From positions 1-44,705 of the forward strand of contig JAZDDY010000093.1 in assembly GCA_043809265.1 (NCBI GenBank): a stretch of 44,705 nt of DNA, written 5' to 3'. Positions 34,504 through 43,548 of this stretch are shown piece after piece (positions within the stretch are counted from its first letter, which is position 1; the number at the start of each line of letters is the position of its first letter). The notes beneath the pieces are model-generated. The model worked only from the letters and a program-made list of their open reading frames with translations. It made no database searches and was not told the origin of the DNA. Position numbers and translations under genes: made by a program. The DNA comes from Candidatus Iainarchaeum sp. (GTDB lineage: Archaea > Iainarchaeota > Iainarchaeia > Iainarchaeales > DTGL01).

Positions 34504-36609
34504 ATGGTTGAAAGGGTAAGGGTCGAATCTTCCGAAAAGGAAAGCCCTTTTGTGGAAAAATTCCAGCAGTTTTTCGAATCCGTTTACCGGAAGGAAATCC
34601 AAAGACTTGTCGCAAAATACCCTGACGAGCGCTCCTTAAACATTGATTTCAACGATTTGGAAGAATTCGATTTCAAGCTTGCCGAGGACCTCATAGCACA
34701 GCCTGATTTTTTGATTGAGGCGGCATCCCTTGCCGCGAGGAAGCTTGACGTGCCATCCCTTGATATCGAGGATTTTGCCCCGCACGTGCGCTTCCACAGC
34801 CTTCCTGTCGACAAAAGCGTGATGTTAAGGGACATCGGCTCAAGGCACATAGGGAAAATGCTTTGTGTCGAGGGCGTCATAAAACAGGTCACGGATGTTT
34901 TGCCGAAGCTGAAAATGGCGTCCTGGAAATGCAACCGCTGCGGCAATGTGTACAGGGTCCTGCAAAAGGATTCAGGAGTGGTGCAGCCAGCGTTTTGCGA
35001 GTGCAGGCACCGCGATTTTTCGCTTGTAGCAGAAGATTCTGATTTTGTGGATTACCAGAAAATCCAGATACAGGAGTCCTTGGAGTTCCTTAAAGGGAAC
35101 GCGCAGCCGACAAGCGTTGACGTTTATGTCGCCGATGACCTGGTGAACAGGGTTGTCCCTGGCGACAAAATAAAAATCGTGGGCATTCTCAGACTGTATC
35201 CTGCAAAGGAAAACAAGGTCGTGTTCGGCAGGTTCATTGAAACATTGCATTTGACGCAGACAATGCAGGAATTCGAGGACATAGAAATCAGCAAGGAAGA
35301 AGAGCAGGAAATAAAGGAATTGTCCAAAAAATTTGACATTTATGAAAAGCTCGTGGCAAGCATTGCACCGAGCATTTACGGGCACGAAACAGTCAAGGAA
35401 GCGATTGCCCTCCAGCTGTTCGGCGGCGCAAAAAAAATCCTGCCCAACGACCAGCAGATAAGGGGCAACATACACCTGCTCCTTGTCGGCGACCCGGGTG
35501 TTGCAAAATCGCAGATGCTGATGGCAACCCACAACATCGCCCCGAAAAGCATTTACGTGGGAGGAAAAACCACAAGCGCTGTAGGCCTTACCGCAACCGC
35601 AGTAAAGGACGAGTTCGGCGAAGGCGGCTGGACACTGAAGGCAGGCGCCCTGGTTTTGGCGAACGGCGGGATTGCAATGTGCGACGAGCTCGACAAAATG
35701 GATGCCGATGAAAGGGTGGCATTGCACGAGGCAATGGAGCAGGGCACAATCAGCGTCGCAAAGGCAGGCATTGTCACAAGGTTCAAGACAGACACAAGCA
35801 TCCTTGCCGCCGCAAACCCGAAATTCTCGCGCTTCGACCCGTACCAGCCGTTCATAGAGCAATTGAATTTGCCGCCAACGCTCATTTCGCGCTTTGATTT
35901 GTTTTTCATGATCCGCGACATCCTGGACAGGACAAGCGACACAAAAATCGCAGCGCACATCCTGAAAACACACCAGGCAGGCGCAAAACTGTTCCAGGCG
36001 AGAAGGAAAGGCAAGACACTGAAAAAAGAGGAAATGAAGGAAATCGAAGACATTGTGATGCCCACAATCCACAAAGACCTGCTCAAAAAATACATTTCCT
36101 TTGCAAGGCAGAACGTTTTTCCCACGCTTTCAAAGGAGGCAATCCAGACAATAAGCGATTTCTATGTGGATTTGAGGGAGCGCGGAAAGCAGGAAGGCAG
36201 CTTTTCGGCAACCCACAGGCAGCTCGAAGGTTTGGTCAGGTTGTCGGAGGCATCCGCAAGGGTGAGGTTAAGCGACACTGTCGAAAAGCAGGATGCCGAA
36301 AGGGCAATAAGGCTTTTGAAAAGCTCATTGCGCGATGTTGTCACCGACCCGGAAACAGGCAAAATCGACATTGACATCATCGCCACAGGCCAGACGCATT
36401 CGCAGGTAGACCTGATGAGAAAAGTGCTCGGCATAATAAAGGAAAAGAACGAGCAAATGGATTCCGTGCCATTGAAAGAAGTGATGGACGCGGCTGCAGC
36501 CATGAACATCGACAGCGAGAAAGCCGACGACATCATAAGAAAACTTGAGCGGAAAGGCGAAATCTACAGGCCAAAGCACGGCTTTGTGAAGCCCACAGAA
36601 AGCAAGTGA
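34504..36609 (+). CDS. mcm: MCM replicative helicase
   Basis: Zn motif CNRCGN...CECRH, Walker A GDPGVAKSQ, Walker B CDELDKM, arginine-finger SRFDL, and a C-terminal wHTH. 701 aa with no intein. Confidence 0.93.
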   Translation: MVERVRVESSEKESPFVEKFQQFFESVYRKEIQRLVAKYPDERSLNIDFNDLEEFDFKLAEDLIAQPDFLIEAASLAARKLDVPSLDIEDFAPHVRFHSLPVDKSVMLRDIGSRHIGKMLCVEGVIKQVTDVLPKLKMASWKCNRCGNVYRVLQKDSGVVQPAFCECRHRDFSLVAEDSDFVDYQKIQIQESLEFLKGNAQPTSVDVYVADDLVNRVVPGDKIKIVGILRLYPAKENKVVFGRFIETLHLTQTMQEFEDIEISKEEEQEIKELSKKFDIYEKLVASIAPSIYGHETVKEAIALQLFGGAKKILPNDQQIRGNIHLLLVGDPGVAKSQMLMATHNIAPKSIYVGGKTTSAVGLTATAVKDEFGEGGWTLKAGALVLANGGIAMCDELDKMDADERVALHEAMEQGTISVAKAGIVTRFKTDTSILAAANPKFSRFDPYQPFIEQLNLPPTLISRFDLFFMIRDILDRTSDTKIAAHILKTHQAGAKLFQARRKGKTLKKEEMKEIEDIVMPTIHKDLLKKYISFARQNVFPTLSKEAIQTISDFYVDLRERGKQEGSFSATHRQLEGLVRLSEASARVRLSDTVEKQDAERAIRLLKSSLRDVVTDPETGKIDIDIIATGQTHSQVDLMRKVLGIIKEKNEQMDSVPLKEVMDAAAAMNIDSEKADDIIRKLERKGEIYRPKHGFVKPTESK

Positions 36610-36667
36610 CCCAGCGGCCTCGAATAAATCCGGCCAGCGTTTGTGAAGCCCACTAAAAGCAAGTGAC
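36583..36667. repeat. 28-bp imperfect direct repeat duplicating the 3' end of mcm
   Basis: TTTGTGAAGCCCACAGAAAGCAAGTGAC at 36583-36610 includes the mcm stop. TTTGTGAAGCCCACTAAAAGCAAGTGAC at 36640-36667 differs at 2 positions. The spacer is 29 bp. Confidence 0.7.
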
Positions 36668-36685
36668 TGTTTTTTTCTGGCAGTT

Positions 36686-37060
36686 TCAGGGCGCTGTCTC
36701 TACAATAATATCCACGTCGGTAATAGCAGTATATAATTTGGCGTCCACAAGTTTTTGGCGTATTATGGCATCGAACTCTGTCTTTAGCGAGTTAATTTCA
36801 GCCAGCGTCACATTATTGCCGCCGACCAATACGGTTATTGTATTAGGTGAAGTGGAAGTCACGGCGTCCTTCACTTCGGCAAGGTAATAGAATTTTTCCT
36901 GTGCGTTCAGGATTTTGAGGGCCTCGCTTTTCACGACCGCTGTTTTTCCCATTGCCGTCATTGTGGAAGGCACAAGCCTGAGCATTCCAAGGACAAGCAG
37001 GAGGGCGAGCGTAGTTATAAGGATCATTTCGAAAGAGGCTTGGGCTTTTTTTCCCTTCAT
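36686..37060 (-). CDS. pilin-like protein with class III signal peptide
   Basis: MKGKKAQ/ASFEMILITTLALLLVLG. Last gene of the type IV filament operon. Confidence 0.65.
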   Translation of the reverse strand: MKGKKAQASFEMILITTLALLLVLGMLRLVPSTMTAMGKTAVVKSEALKILNAQEKFYYLAEVKDAVTSTSPNTITVLVGGNNVTLAEINSLKTEFDAIIRQKLVDAKLYTAITDVDIIVETAP

Positions 37061-37090
37061 TTTTTTTCTCCTTTTAATCGCGTGGGCCGA

Positions 37091-37606
37091 TTAGGTGCTC
37101 CTTACAAGGACAGTGTTCCCGTTTTTTTCAATAATAACCTTGTCCTTTGGGGTCTGGTAGCCTATAAGCGTGTTCGGTTTGGGGCAGACACCAGAGCAGC
37201 CGTGGAAGTTCGAGCAGTTAAGGGTAATTCCCTGCAGGACCCTTATCGAGCCGGGATAGCCTATGTCTTGCATGTTCGATATTCCCGCGGTGCAGTCCAT
37301 TGAATTCGACTGCATGCCGAACCTCGCATTATAGTCTATGGTGTTTGTCGCGCTGTTGCACTTTATTTCAGTGCAGTCCTCGGCAAAAAGCCAGATTGTT
37401 TTCCTGCTGTCCCCGCTTAACGACCCAATCTCGTTTATGGCGTTGGCGAGTTTCATTGCCGCGAGTTTTGCCTGCCCTGTGCGGTTGACCGCGACTATCT
37501 TGAAGCTGGCTGCGTCGACGGCCGGCTGTATGACTGTTGTAAGGTAGTAAAGCATTATCAGGAACAGGAAAAGGAATTCTATGGATGTCTGGCCTTTCCT
37601 GTTCAT
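37091..37606 (-). CDS. Cys-rich pilin-like protein with class III signal peptide
   Basis: MNRKGQ/TSIEFLFLFLIMLYYL with 7 Cys in the mature part. The ATG at 37606 directly follows the peptidase stop. Confidence 0.65.
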   Translation of the reverse strand: MNRKGQTSIEFLFLFLIMLYYLTTVIQPAVDAASFKIVAVNRTGQAKLAAMKLANAINEIGSLSGDSRKTIWLFAEDCTEIKCNSATNTIDYNARFGMQSNSMDCTAGISNMQDIGYPGSIRVLQGITLNCSNFHGCSGVCPKPNTLIGYQTPKDKVIIEKNGNTVLVRST

Positions 37607-38586
37607 GCCAAAACCGCGTTCCAAAGCAAATCACCAACCAAATTCAGGGCAACATATGCGACCAGTATTGCAGGCACCATCGGCGCCGATTCCTTGACCT
37701 GGATGAAATCTTCAAGCTTTCCCTCTTTCACCAGTTTTTTCAGCTTGCCGATTTCTTGCGGTTCAAGGCCTCTTGCCATGCGGCTGTCCGCAAGCACTTC
37801 CCTTTCTTTTGCGGCTCCTTCAGGAACCGTTACTTTATATTGTTTGATGTAGTTAATAAAGCTTTTCATGTCAAGCAGGCCTTCCCCGCGCTCCCTTTCA
37901 ATGCCGCCGCCTTTTGCCACAATGGTTTCAGCAGGAATCATCCCTTCCTCAAGCGAGGTTATCTTCACGGTTTTCCGCAAAAAAACCCTGCTTGCAAGCA
38001 TAAGCTTGAAAGCAAAGTAAAGCAAAAATGCGGAAAAAACAAAAAACAGGAACATGCCGAACGAAGCCTGGTAAAAGGCAAGCCATGCGATTGCCAGCGC
38101 AACGGTTATTGCGAGTTCGGTTGCAAGTTCCCTGAACGCTTTTTCCCCGCGCGAGCGCTTCAATACAATGAACACTGTCACAGGCAGCATCGAGAAAAGC
38201 GTGAAAACAAACAAAGTTATTGGAAAAAGCGGGATTGCAAGAGGCTCAAAAATCTTCAAGGAATAAAATCCGAGTTTTCCGGCAATAAACAGGTTCAGGG
38301 GGTTGAGCGCTGCAATTCCTGTGAAAAGCTTTACATCGCCGCCTGCCCAGACGCCTGCCTTATAGAGCAAAAGCGAGAACAGGAAAGCATAGGTTGTGGA
38401 CATAATGCAGTAGGCGGCAATCCAATAATCCGCTGCAATGAAAGCGTAAGCAATGTGGAGTGCCAAACCGAGCGCGATAAGCGAATAGGATAGCCTGTTC
38501 GGCACAATTCGTTCCTTCAGATCCGTGTATGCCGCTATCGCGAGCCCTGCGAATGAAATCAGGAAGAGCAGGAGGGAAAAAAGCAT
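37603..38586 (-). CDS. A24-family prepilin/preflagellin peptidase (PibD/FlaK/EppA-like)
   Basis: Polytopic membrane protein with the two catalytic Asp contexts AAYTDLKERIVPN and GVWAGGDVKLF. A soluble insertion of about 90 aa lies before the last TM helix. Confidence 0.8.
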   Translation of the reverse strand: MLFSLLLFLISFAGLAIAAYTDLKERIVPNRLSYSLIALGLALHIAYAFIAADYWIAAYCIMSTTYAFLFSLLLYKAGVWAGGDVKLFTGIAALNPLNLFIAGKLGFYSLKIFEPLAIPLFPITLFVFTLFSMLPVTVFIVLKRSRGEKAFRELATELAITVALAIAWLAFYQASFGMFLFFVFSAFLLYFAFKLMLASRVFLRKTVKITSLEEGMIPAETIVAKGGGIERERGEGLLDMKSFINYIKQYKVTVPEGAAKEREVLADSRMARGLEPQEIGKLKKLVKEGKLEDFIQVKESAPMVPAILVAYVALNLVGDLLWNAVLA

Positions 38587-38639
38587 AGTTAATAGGGGTT
38601 ATTGAATGTTTTTATTCCTTCTGCAATCGGAAGAAGAAG

Positions 38640-38810
38640 TTATTTTAGGATGGAAGAAAGGGTTGAATCGCCGTAGTTCCTGACCTTTGCAATCGATTTG
38701 TCCGCTATGCCCTGGATTGCAGTCACAAGCACCGAAACCACAATCACCAGGCCCAACACGAATGTCAACAGTATCAGGTAATCGAACGAAACCTGCGCCC
38801 TTTCTTCCAT
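38640..38810 (-). CDS. 56-aa mini-pilin with class III signal peptide (not in ORF track)
   Basis: Hand translation gives MEERAQ/VSFDYLILLTFVLGLVIVVSVLVTAIQGIADKSIAKVRNYGDSTLSSILK*. ATG at 38810 and TAA at 38640-38642. Confidence 0.55.
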   Translation of the reverse strand: MEERAQVSFDYLILLTFVLGLVIVVSVLVTAIQGIADKSIAKVRNYGDSTLSSILK

Positions 38811-38831
38811 TTTGATTGCCTCTCGGAGTAC

Positions 38832-39131
38832 CTAAGTCTTGCAGGCCGGGGCATTGGACCAATCCAGGCCTATCTTCAGAACGCATTGCGACCCAAGCCA
38901 CTCGCATTCATCGCCAGGCACCTCGGCATCATCAACCATGTTGGCTGTCGCCGCGCAAAATTCCGATGACCCCTTAGCACTGCACAGGCTGTTTATCTGC
39001 GACTTGTAGCCTTCACATTGTGTCGGCCCCACCGAGCCAAGCACGAATACAAGCACTATTGCTGCAACCGCTATTCCTGCGCCTATCATCAAAAGATACT
39101 CCAATGCTCCTTGCCCTTTAAAGTTTATCAT
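38832..39131 (-). CDS. Cys-rich pilin with class III signal peptide
   Basis: MINFKGQ/GALEYLLMIGAGIAVAAIVLVFVLG with 6 Cys in the 70-aa mature domain. Confidence 0.7.
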   Translation of the reverse strand: MINFKGQGALEYLLMIGAGIAVAAIVLVFVLGSVGPTQCEGYKSQINSLCSAKGSSEFCAATANMVDDAEVPGDECEWLGSQCVLKIGLDWSNAPACKT

Positions 39132-39184
39132 TTTCCATTCCTCCGCTTTTTTTTGAGCATTCTTTGAGCGGGCTTTGTGTTCCT

Positions 39185-39331
39185 TTACCTGTTGTATTCT
39201 TTTCCTATTTCTGAGCCCACTGCCTTTGGAACGCTCTTCAAGTATACTCCTATTGCTGTGGCTGCCGCCACTGCGCCGCCCAAAATCAAAAGGTATTCAA
39301 CCGATGTCTGGGCTTTTTCTTCCTTCAGCAT
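39185..39331 (-). CDS. 48-aa mini-pilin with class III signal peptide (not in ORF track)
   Basis: Hand translation gives MLKEEKAQ/TSVEYLLILGGAVAAATAIGVYLKSVPKAVGSEIGKEYNR*. The ATG at 39331 lies 4 nt after the TadC-like stop. TAA at 39185-39187. Confidence 0.55.
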   Translation of the reverse strand: MLKEEKAQTSVEYLLILGGAVAAATAIGVYLKSVPKAVGSEIGKEYNR

Positions 39332-39335
39332 TTTT

Positions 39336-40388
39336 TTATCCTCCGAAAAATCCCTGTGTCACGATGTTCGACACAAAGTATATCATATACGCTATTAACA
39401 ATAAGATTGGGATGTATATAAAGCTTTTGGTTATTTTGCCTTCCCTGACCAATGCAATCATGAGGCCGATTGCCGCAGCCTCTATCACTATGTATAATGC
39501 GACAAACAGCATTATCGAATCTGTCACACAAGTCCAGTAATCCGCAGGGCACTTTTCTTTCGGGCACAAGAAACTGGCCTCCTGGCTTTTGCAGTCCAGG
39601 CAGGAGGCAAGGTCGCCCTGGCAGCATGCGAAGCATTTGCCGCCTGTCATCGAGCCCATCATTTGCGGGGTCTGCATCATCAGGAAGCCGACTATCGACA
39701 TGACCAGGCCGAAAATGAACGGTGCGACAACCGCTCCTGCGGCAATCATGAAAAGGACCTGCATTAGCGTGCTGCTTTTCCTTTCATTGATTATCCTCTG
39801 GTTTGCCTTGACATCGTCCGAAATCTCATCCAAAATGTCGGCAAGGCTTGCGCCTGCGGAAATCGAGTCGAGGATAATGTTGACTGCCCTTGTCACGATC
39901 CTGCTTGTGATGTTCCGCGAAAACCCTTTCAGGGAATTCTCCAAATTTTCGCCCTCTTCAAGCCTTCTCAGGACAGTGTTCATTTCTTCAGTGAGCGGGC
40001 CGTATTCGCTTGAGCTTATTCCCCTCAACGCATATTCGAAAGTGCCTCCGGCCTTAAGCGTGTCGGCCATTTGCTTCAATGCGTCAGGCAGGTTGTTTTC
40101 AATGCTGTCGTTTCTCCTGACCGCCTTGAGATAGGGATAGCCCACCATGAGGTCAAAAATGACTATGAAGGTGATTATTGACATTAGAAGGCTGTGGACC
40201 CAGTGAACTGAAATAAGCTTGAGCCCGATTAACGGGATTAACCCGAAGAGAAGCATCAGCACCAATGATACTCCGGTCGCAACCACAAATGATATTCCAA
40301 TCCATGCCGCGGGCTTGAATGGCCACCTTATCTGCCTGAGGTATTCCGTGTATGTCGCCCATATTTCTTTCGGTTTCATTTTTTCCAC
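39336..40388 (-). CDS. T2SSF-domain platform protein (TadC-like) with Cys-rich loop
   Basis: Single T2SSF-type domain (LPDALKQMADTLKAGGTFEYALRGIS...). TM helices flank CFACCQGDLASCLDCKSQEASFLCPKEKCPADYWTC. Confidence 0.8.
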   Translation of the reverse strand: MEKMKPKEIWATYTEYLRQIRWPFKPAAWIGISFVVATGVSLVLMLLFGLIPLIGLKLISVHWVHSLLMSIITFIVIFDLMVGYPYLKAVRRNDSIENNLPDALKQMADTLKAGGTFEYALRGISSSEYGPLTEEMNTVLRRLEEGENLENSLKGFSRNITSRIVTRAVNIILDSISAGASLADILDEISDDVKANQRIINERKSSTLMQVLFMIAAGAVVAPFIFGLVMSIVGFLMMQTPQMMGSMTGGKCFACCQGDLASCLDCKSQEASFLCPKEKCPADYWTCVTDSIMLFVALYIVIEAAAIGLMIALVREGKITKSFIYIPILLLIAYMIYFVSNIVTQGFFGG

Positions 40389-40389
40389 C

Positions 40390-41547
40390 CTAGACGTGCG
40401 GTTGAATCATTGTGATGAACATGAAAAGCCACACAAGCAGCAACGGCATGACCAGCAAGTAAAACAACATGATGATATTTAATGACAGCGGGATGTTCTT
40501 GAAGCTGCTTGTCGCCATCGGCCCCCCCTCTTCAGGGGACATGATCGGCGAGTTCCTTACCCCGCCGAGTATTGCCACAAACACAGGCAAAACTATCGCC
40601 ATGAAAATCAATATCACGCCCAAAAAGTTCATTTTTTCCCCGAACTCCCTCATTTTCATCCTTAATTCGAAGGAAACGTCCTCGGCGATTTCATTCATTA
40701 TATTCGAAAGGTTGCCGCCTGTTTTCAGGGCGCGGATTGTGTGCATCAATGCGTTCCTGAGCGCGCTTGATTCAGTGCGCAGCGCAAGGTGCCTTAATGC
40801 GACCTGCGTGTCAGTGCCTTCCTCGATTTCAGTGATTGTGCGGCTGAATTCCTCGCTAAGCGCGCCATAGTCCGCGCTTGCCACGGTTTGCAATGTCCTG
40901 TACAATCCTATGCCTGCACTGAGCTGTGTTGCAATGTGCCTGAGCGCGAAAGGCAGTTCCCTGCTTATCATTTTGCCTCGGGTCTGCGCCCTTTGTTTCG
41001 GGATAAGTCCCATTATAAGCGCGGCAAAGCAGAAAGCCAAAAACGACAGGAACAAGCCGAGCTGCCATGAGCCTATGTTGATGGATTGCAGAATCAGGAA
41101 AGCGATAAGCGTGATTATGAAAACTATGAATGAAACGATTGTCGTGAGCGCAAGCCATTGCTTTCCGGAATAGCGCATGTTCGCCGAGTAAAGATAGTAC
41201 TCGAGCTGTTTCGACCAGGGCAGTTTTTCAAACAGCTTGTAGAATGCGCCGGTGATGAAGCCGAGCTTCAGGAACAGGCTGCCCAGGCCGCTGACCACCT
41301 TATTGTCAGAATCCTTCAAATCCTCGATTTTTTGCACATCAAGGCCTTTTTCGGAGCCGCCTGAGATTATGCCCCGCAATTCGCTCATTTTGCCTGTGTC
41401 TTCGCCGTAGGTCACGCCCTGCGCAGAATATTTTTTCCTCATTTTTTCTACGATTTTTTCCACTTTTTCCATGTCCGCCTTTTCGGCGTCTTTTGAGGTC
41501 TCCATTATGCCCTCTTTTTTTTCGTCTTTCCCGAACCCGAGCGGCAT
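40390..41547 (-). CDS. T2SSF-domain platform protein (TadB-like)
   Basis: LPFALRHIATQLSAGIGLYRTLQTVASADYGALSEEFSRTITEIEEGTDTQVALRHLA is a typical GspF/TadB-type domain, with TM helices on both sides. Confidence 0.8.
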   Translation of the reverse strand: MPLGFGKDEKKEGIMETSKDAEKADMEKVEKIVEKMRKKYSAQGVTYGEDTGKMSELRGIISGGSEKGLDVQKIEDLKDSDNKVVSGLGSLFLKLGFITGAFYKLFEKLPWSKQLEYYLYSANMRYSGKQWLALTTIVSFIVFIITLIAFLILQSINIGSWQLGLFLSFLAFCFAALIMGLIPKQRAQTRGKMISRELPFALRHIATQLSAGIGLYRTLQTVASADYGALSEEFSRTITEIEEGTDTQVALRHLALRTESSALRNALMHTIRALKTGGNLSNIMNEIAEDVSFELRMKMREFGEKMNFLGVILIFMAIVLPVFVAILGGVRNSPIMSPEEGGPMATSSFKNIPLSLNIIMLFYLLVMPLLLVWLFMFITMIQPHV

Positions 41548-43493
41548 TACTTCTCACTCTCCGCAAGCAGGAACGATTTCATCCTCTTTGAGGTTTCGGT
41601 TATCGAACGGACCTTGTTTTTCACAAGGCCTTCCAAAAACAACTGCCTTTTCTTCAATTCTTTTTCGAGTTGCGGGACATTCAGGCCTGAAAGCCTTCCG
41701 AGTTCCCGCAAATAATTGCACGGAACGCCTGTTTTTTTCAGGTCGTCCTTTACCGGGTCCCATTCATAGATTGCCTGCACATTGGCCTTGCCTTCAAGGA
41801 CACCGCCGACCTCGCTTATTTCAGTAACTCTTCTGATAGTGCCCTTTTTCCTGTCGTGCAGCCTGTTTTCCACGAGTATAAAGTTAAGGCCTGAAAGCAT
41901 TGTTTCAGGCACGCTCATCGGCGGGTTTGTCACTCTCACCAAAGTTTCCTGTGCGGTGTTTGCGTGCACTGTTCCAAGAGAGCCGTCGTGGCCTGTGTTC
42001 ATTGCAGTGAAAAGCGTGAATGCCTCGTCGTGCCTGATTTCACCGACAACAATCCTGTCAGGCCTCATCCTGAGCGAATTTTTTGTAAGAATGTCAAGGG
42101 TAATTTCCCCCTTGTTTTCAAGGCCAGGCGGCCTTGCCTCAAACCTTATCCAGTGGTCCAATGGAAGGTTTAATTCCGCGGTGTCTTCGATGCTGATAAC
42201 CCTTTCGGTCACAGGGATAAAAGAGGAAAGCACGTTCAACAATGTTGTTTTTCCGCTTCCGGTGCCTCCCGCAATTAGTATGTTGGCTGGCCGCGTTTCA
42301 CTGCCTTCGACTGCGAGCCAGAGGAATGCCGCAACCTCGGTATTGATGGTGCCGAAATTTATGAGGTCGACGATCGAAAAAGGGTCTGCGCGGAATTTCC
42401 TGATTGTAAGGGTTGGCCCGGAAACGCTTATCGGCTTTATGGTGGCATTCACCCTGCTGCCGTCAGGCAGCCTTGCGTCCAAAAGCGGGCTTGAAAAGTC
42501 CACTCTCCTGCCGATTTCCCTCCCGACCCTGTTGATGAGGTCTATAACTTCTTCTTCGGTGTAAAACTCGATGTTTGTTTTCATCATTTCGTAATCCCTG
42601 TGGAAAACAAACACCGGCTTCTTATCGCCGGTGATCATTATTTCCTCAAGCCGGTCGTCCCTTACAAGCTGGTCGATAAGGCCGTATCCCACCATCTCCC
42701 TTATCACGGCTTCAGTGTAAAAATTCATTTTGCCTTTCGGTATCTGGATTTCTGGCGCGGACTGCAGTATGTCGAGGATTCTCTGCCTGTAAACAGACCT
42801 TCTCTGTTCCGGGTCGCGGATTTTATAGGGCGAAATCGTGATGAGCCTTGTGGCCGCCTCCTTGATTGTGCGGATAATCCTTTTCTCGCTCCCTGTCGGC
42901 CTTGGCACAGGCACATAATAATACAATAGTTTTTCTCCCGGAATCTTGTAGATTTTGATTCCGTTGCCGTAGGATTCCACTTCAATCTTGTTTGCAGATT
43001 CAAACATTTTCTGGGTTTCGCTTTCCAGTTCGGTGCCCTCGATTGCGTTTTCCGCGCTTGACATCGGCTGGTCAGGCGGATTTTCATCTGCCGGCGGAAT
43101 TTCAAAAGCGTCGGCTGTTTTTTTCGGCTGCTCTCGCTGAACAGGCTGCCTTACCGGCCCGGGCTTTTCAAAATCGTCAAAAATAGAATCGGCATCGGTT
43201 ATTTCCGGCTCTTTTTCCACAACAGGCCTTTCAAAAGCCACCTGCCCTGCCTTGGGCGCAGCCTGCTGCCTTCTGGGCACAGGCTCGAATTCATCCCCCA
43301 ATTCTTTTTTCAGGCCTTCCCTTACCGCGCTGATTTTCCTTTCAAGGTCTTCTTCGCCAGACTGCTCTTCCGGGCCGGCCGGCGGTATGCCCATGCCGTC
43401 ATCTTCTGGAAAAGCGAAATCAGCCCCTGGCTTTTTAGGGCTCTTTTTGGCCTTTTCGATAAGGTCCTTCAAGTAGTCGTCCTGCACCATCAT
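41547..43493 (-). CDS. type IV filament/secretion ATPase (FlaI/TadA/VirB11 family) with long acidic N-terminal extension
   Basis: Walker A AGGTGSGKTT, ISIEDTAEL, GEIRHDEA and TGHDGSLGTVHAN boxes. The first ~170 aa are P/E/D-rich low complexity. Confidence 0.9.
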   Translation of the reverse strand: MMVQDDYLKDLIEKAKKSPKKPGADFAFPEDDGMGIPPAGPEEQSGEEDLERKISAVREGLKKELGDEFEPVPRRQQAAPKAGQVAFERPVVEKEPEITDADSIFDDFEKPGPVRQPVQREQPKKTADAFEIPPADENPPDQPMSSAENAIEGTELESETQKMFESANKIEVESYGNGIKIYKIPGEKLLYYYVPVPRPTGSEKRIIRTIKEAATRLITISPYKIRDPEQRRSVYRQRILDILQSAPEIQIPKGKMNFYTEAVIREMVGYGLIDQLVRDDRLEEIMITGDKKPVFVFHRDYEMMKTNIEFYTEEEVIDLINRVGREIGRRVDFSSPLLDARLPDGSRVNATIKPISVSGPTLTIRKFRADPFSIVDLINFGTINTEVAAFLWLAVEGSETRPANILIAGGTGSGKTTLLNVLSSFIPVTERVISIEDTAELNLPLDHWIRFEARPPGLENKGEITLDILTKNSLRMRPDRIVVGEIRHDEAFTLFTAMNTGHDGSLGTVHANTAQETLVRVTNPPMSVPETMLSGLNFILVENRLHDRKKGTIRRVTEISEVGGVLEGKANVQAIYEWDPVKDDLKKTGVPCNYLRELGRLSGLNVPQLEKELKKRQLFLEGLVKNKVRSITETSKRMKSFLLAESEK

Positions 43494-43516
43494 GGCACCA
43501 ATAACAGAACGCCTTT

Positions 43517-43535
43517 CGAATATAAAAATTTAATG
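43517..43535 (-). promoter_or_regulatory. TATA-like box for the type IV filament operon
   Basis: The minus-strand sequence TAAATTTTTATATTCG lies about 25-40 nt upstream of the ATPase ATG at 43493, in the 55-bp gap after thrS. Confidence 0.35.
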
Positions 43536-43548
43536 TTCGGCAGTGCAA

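Noticed and set aside
34972-36072. 366-aa minus-strand ORF
   Set aside because: It is antisense to mcm, which has unambiguous helicase motifs. The sequence is Cys/His/Phe-rich and looks like junk.
38599-38907. 102-aa minus-strand ORF
   Set aside because: It overlaps, in a different frame, the 56-aa and 99-aa pilin genes, which have canonical class III leaders.
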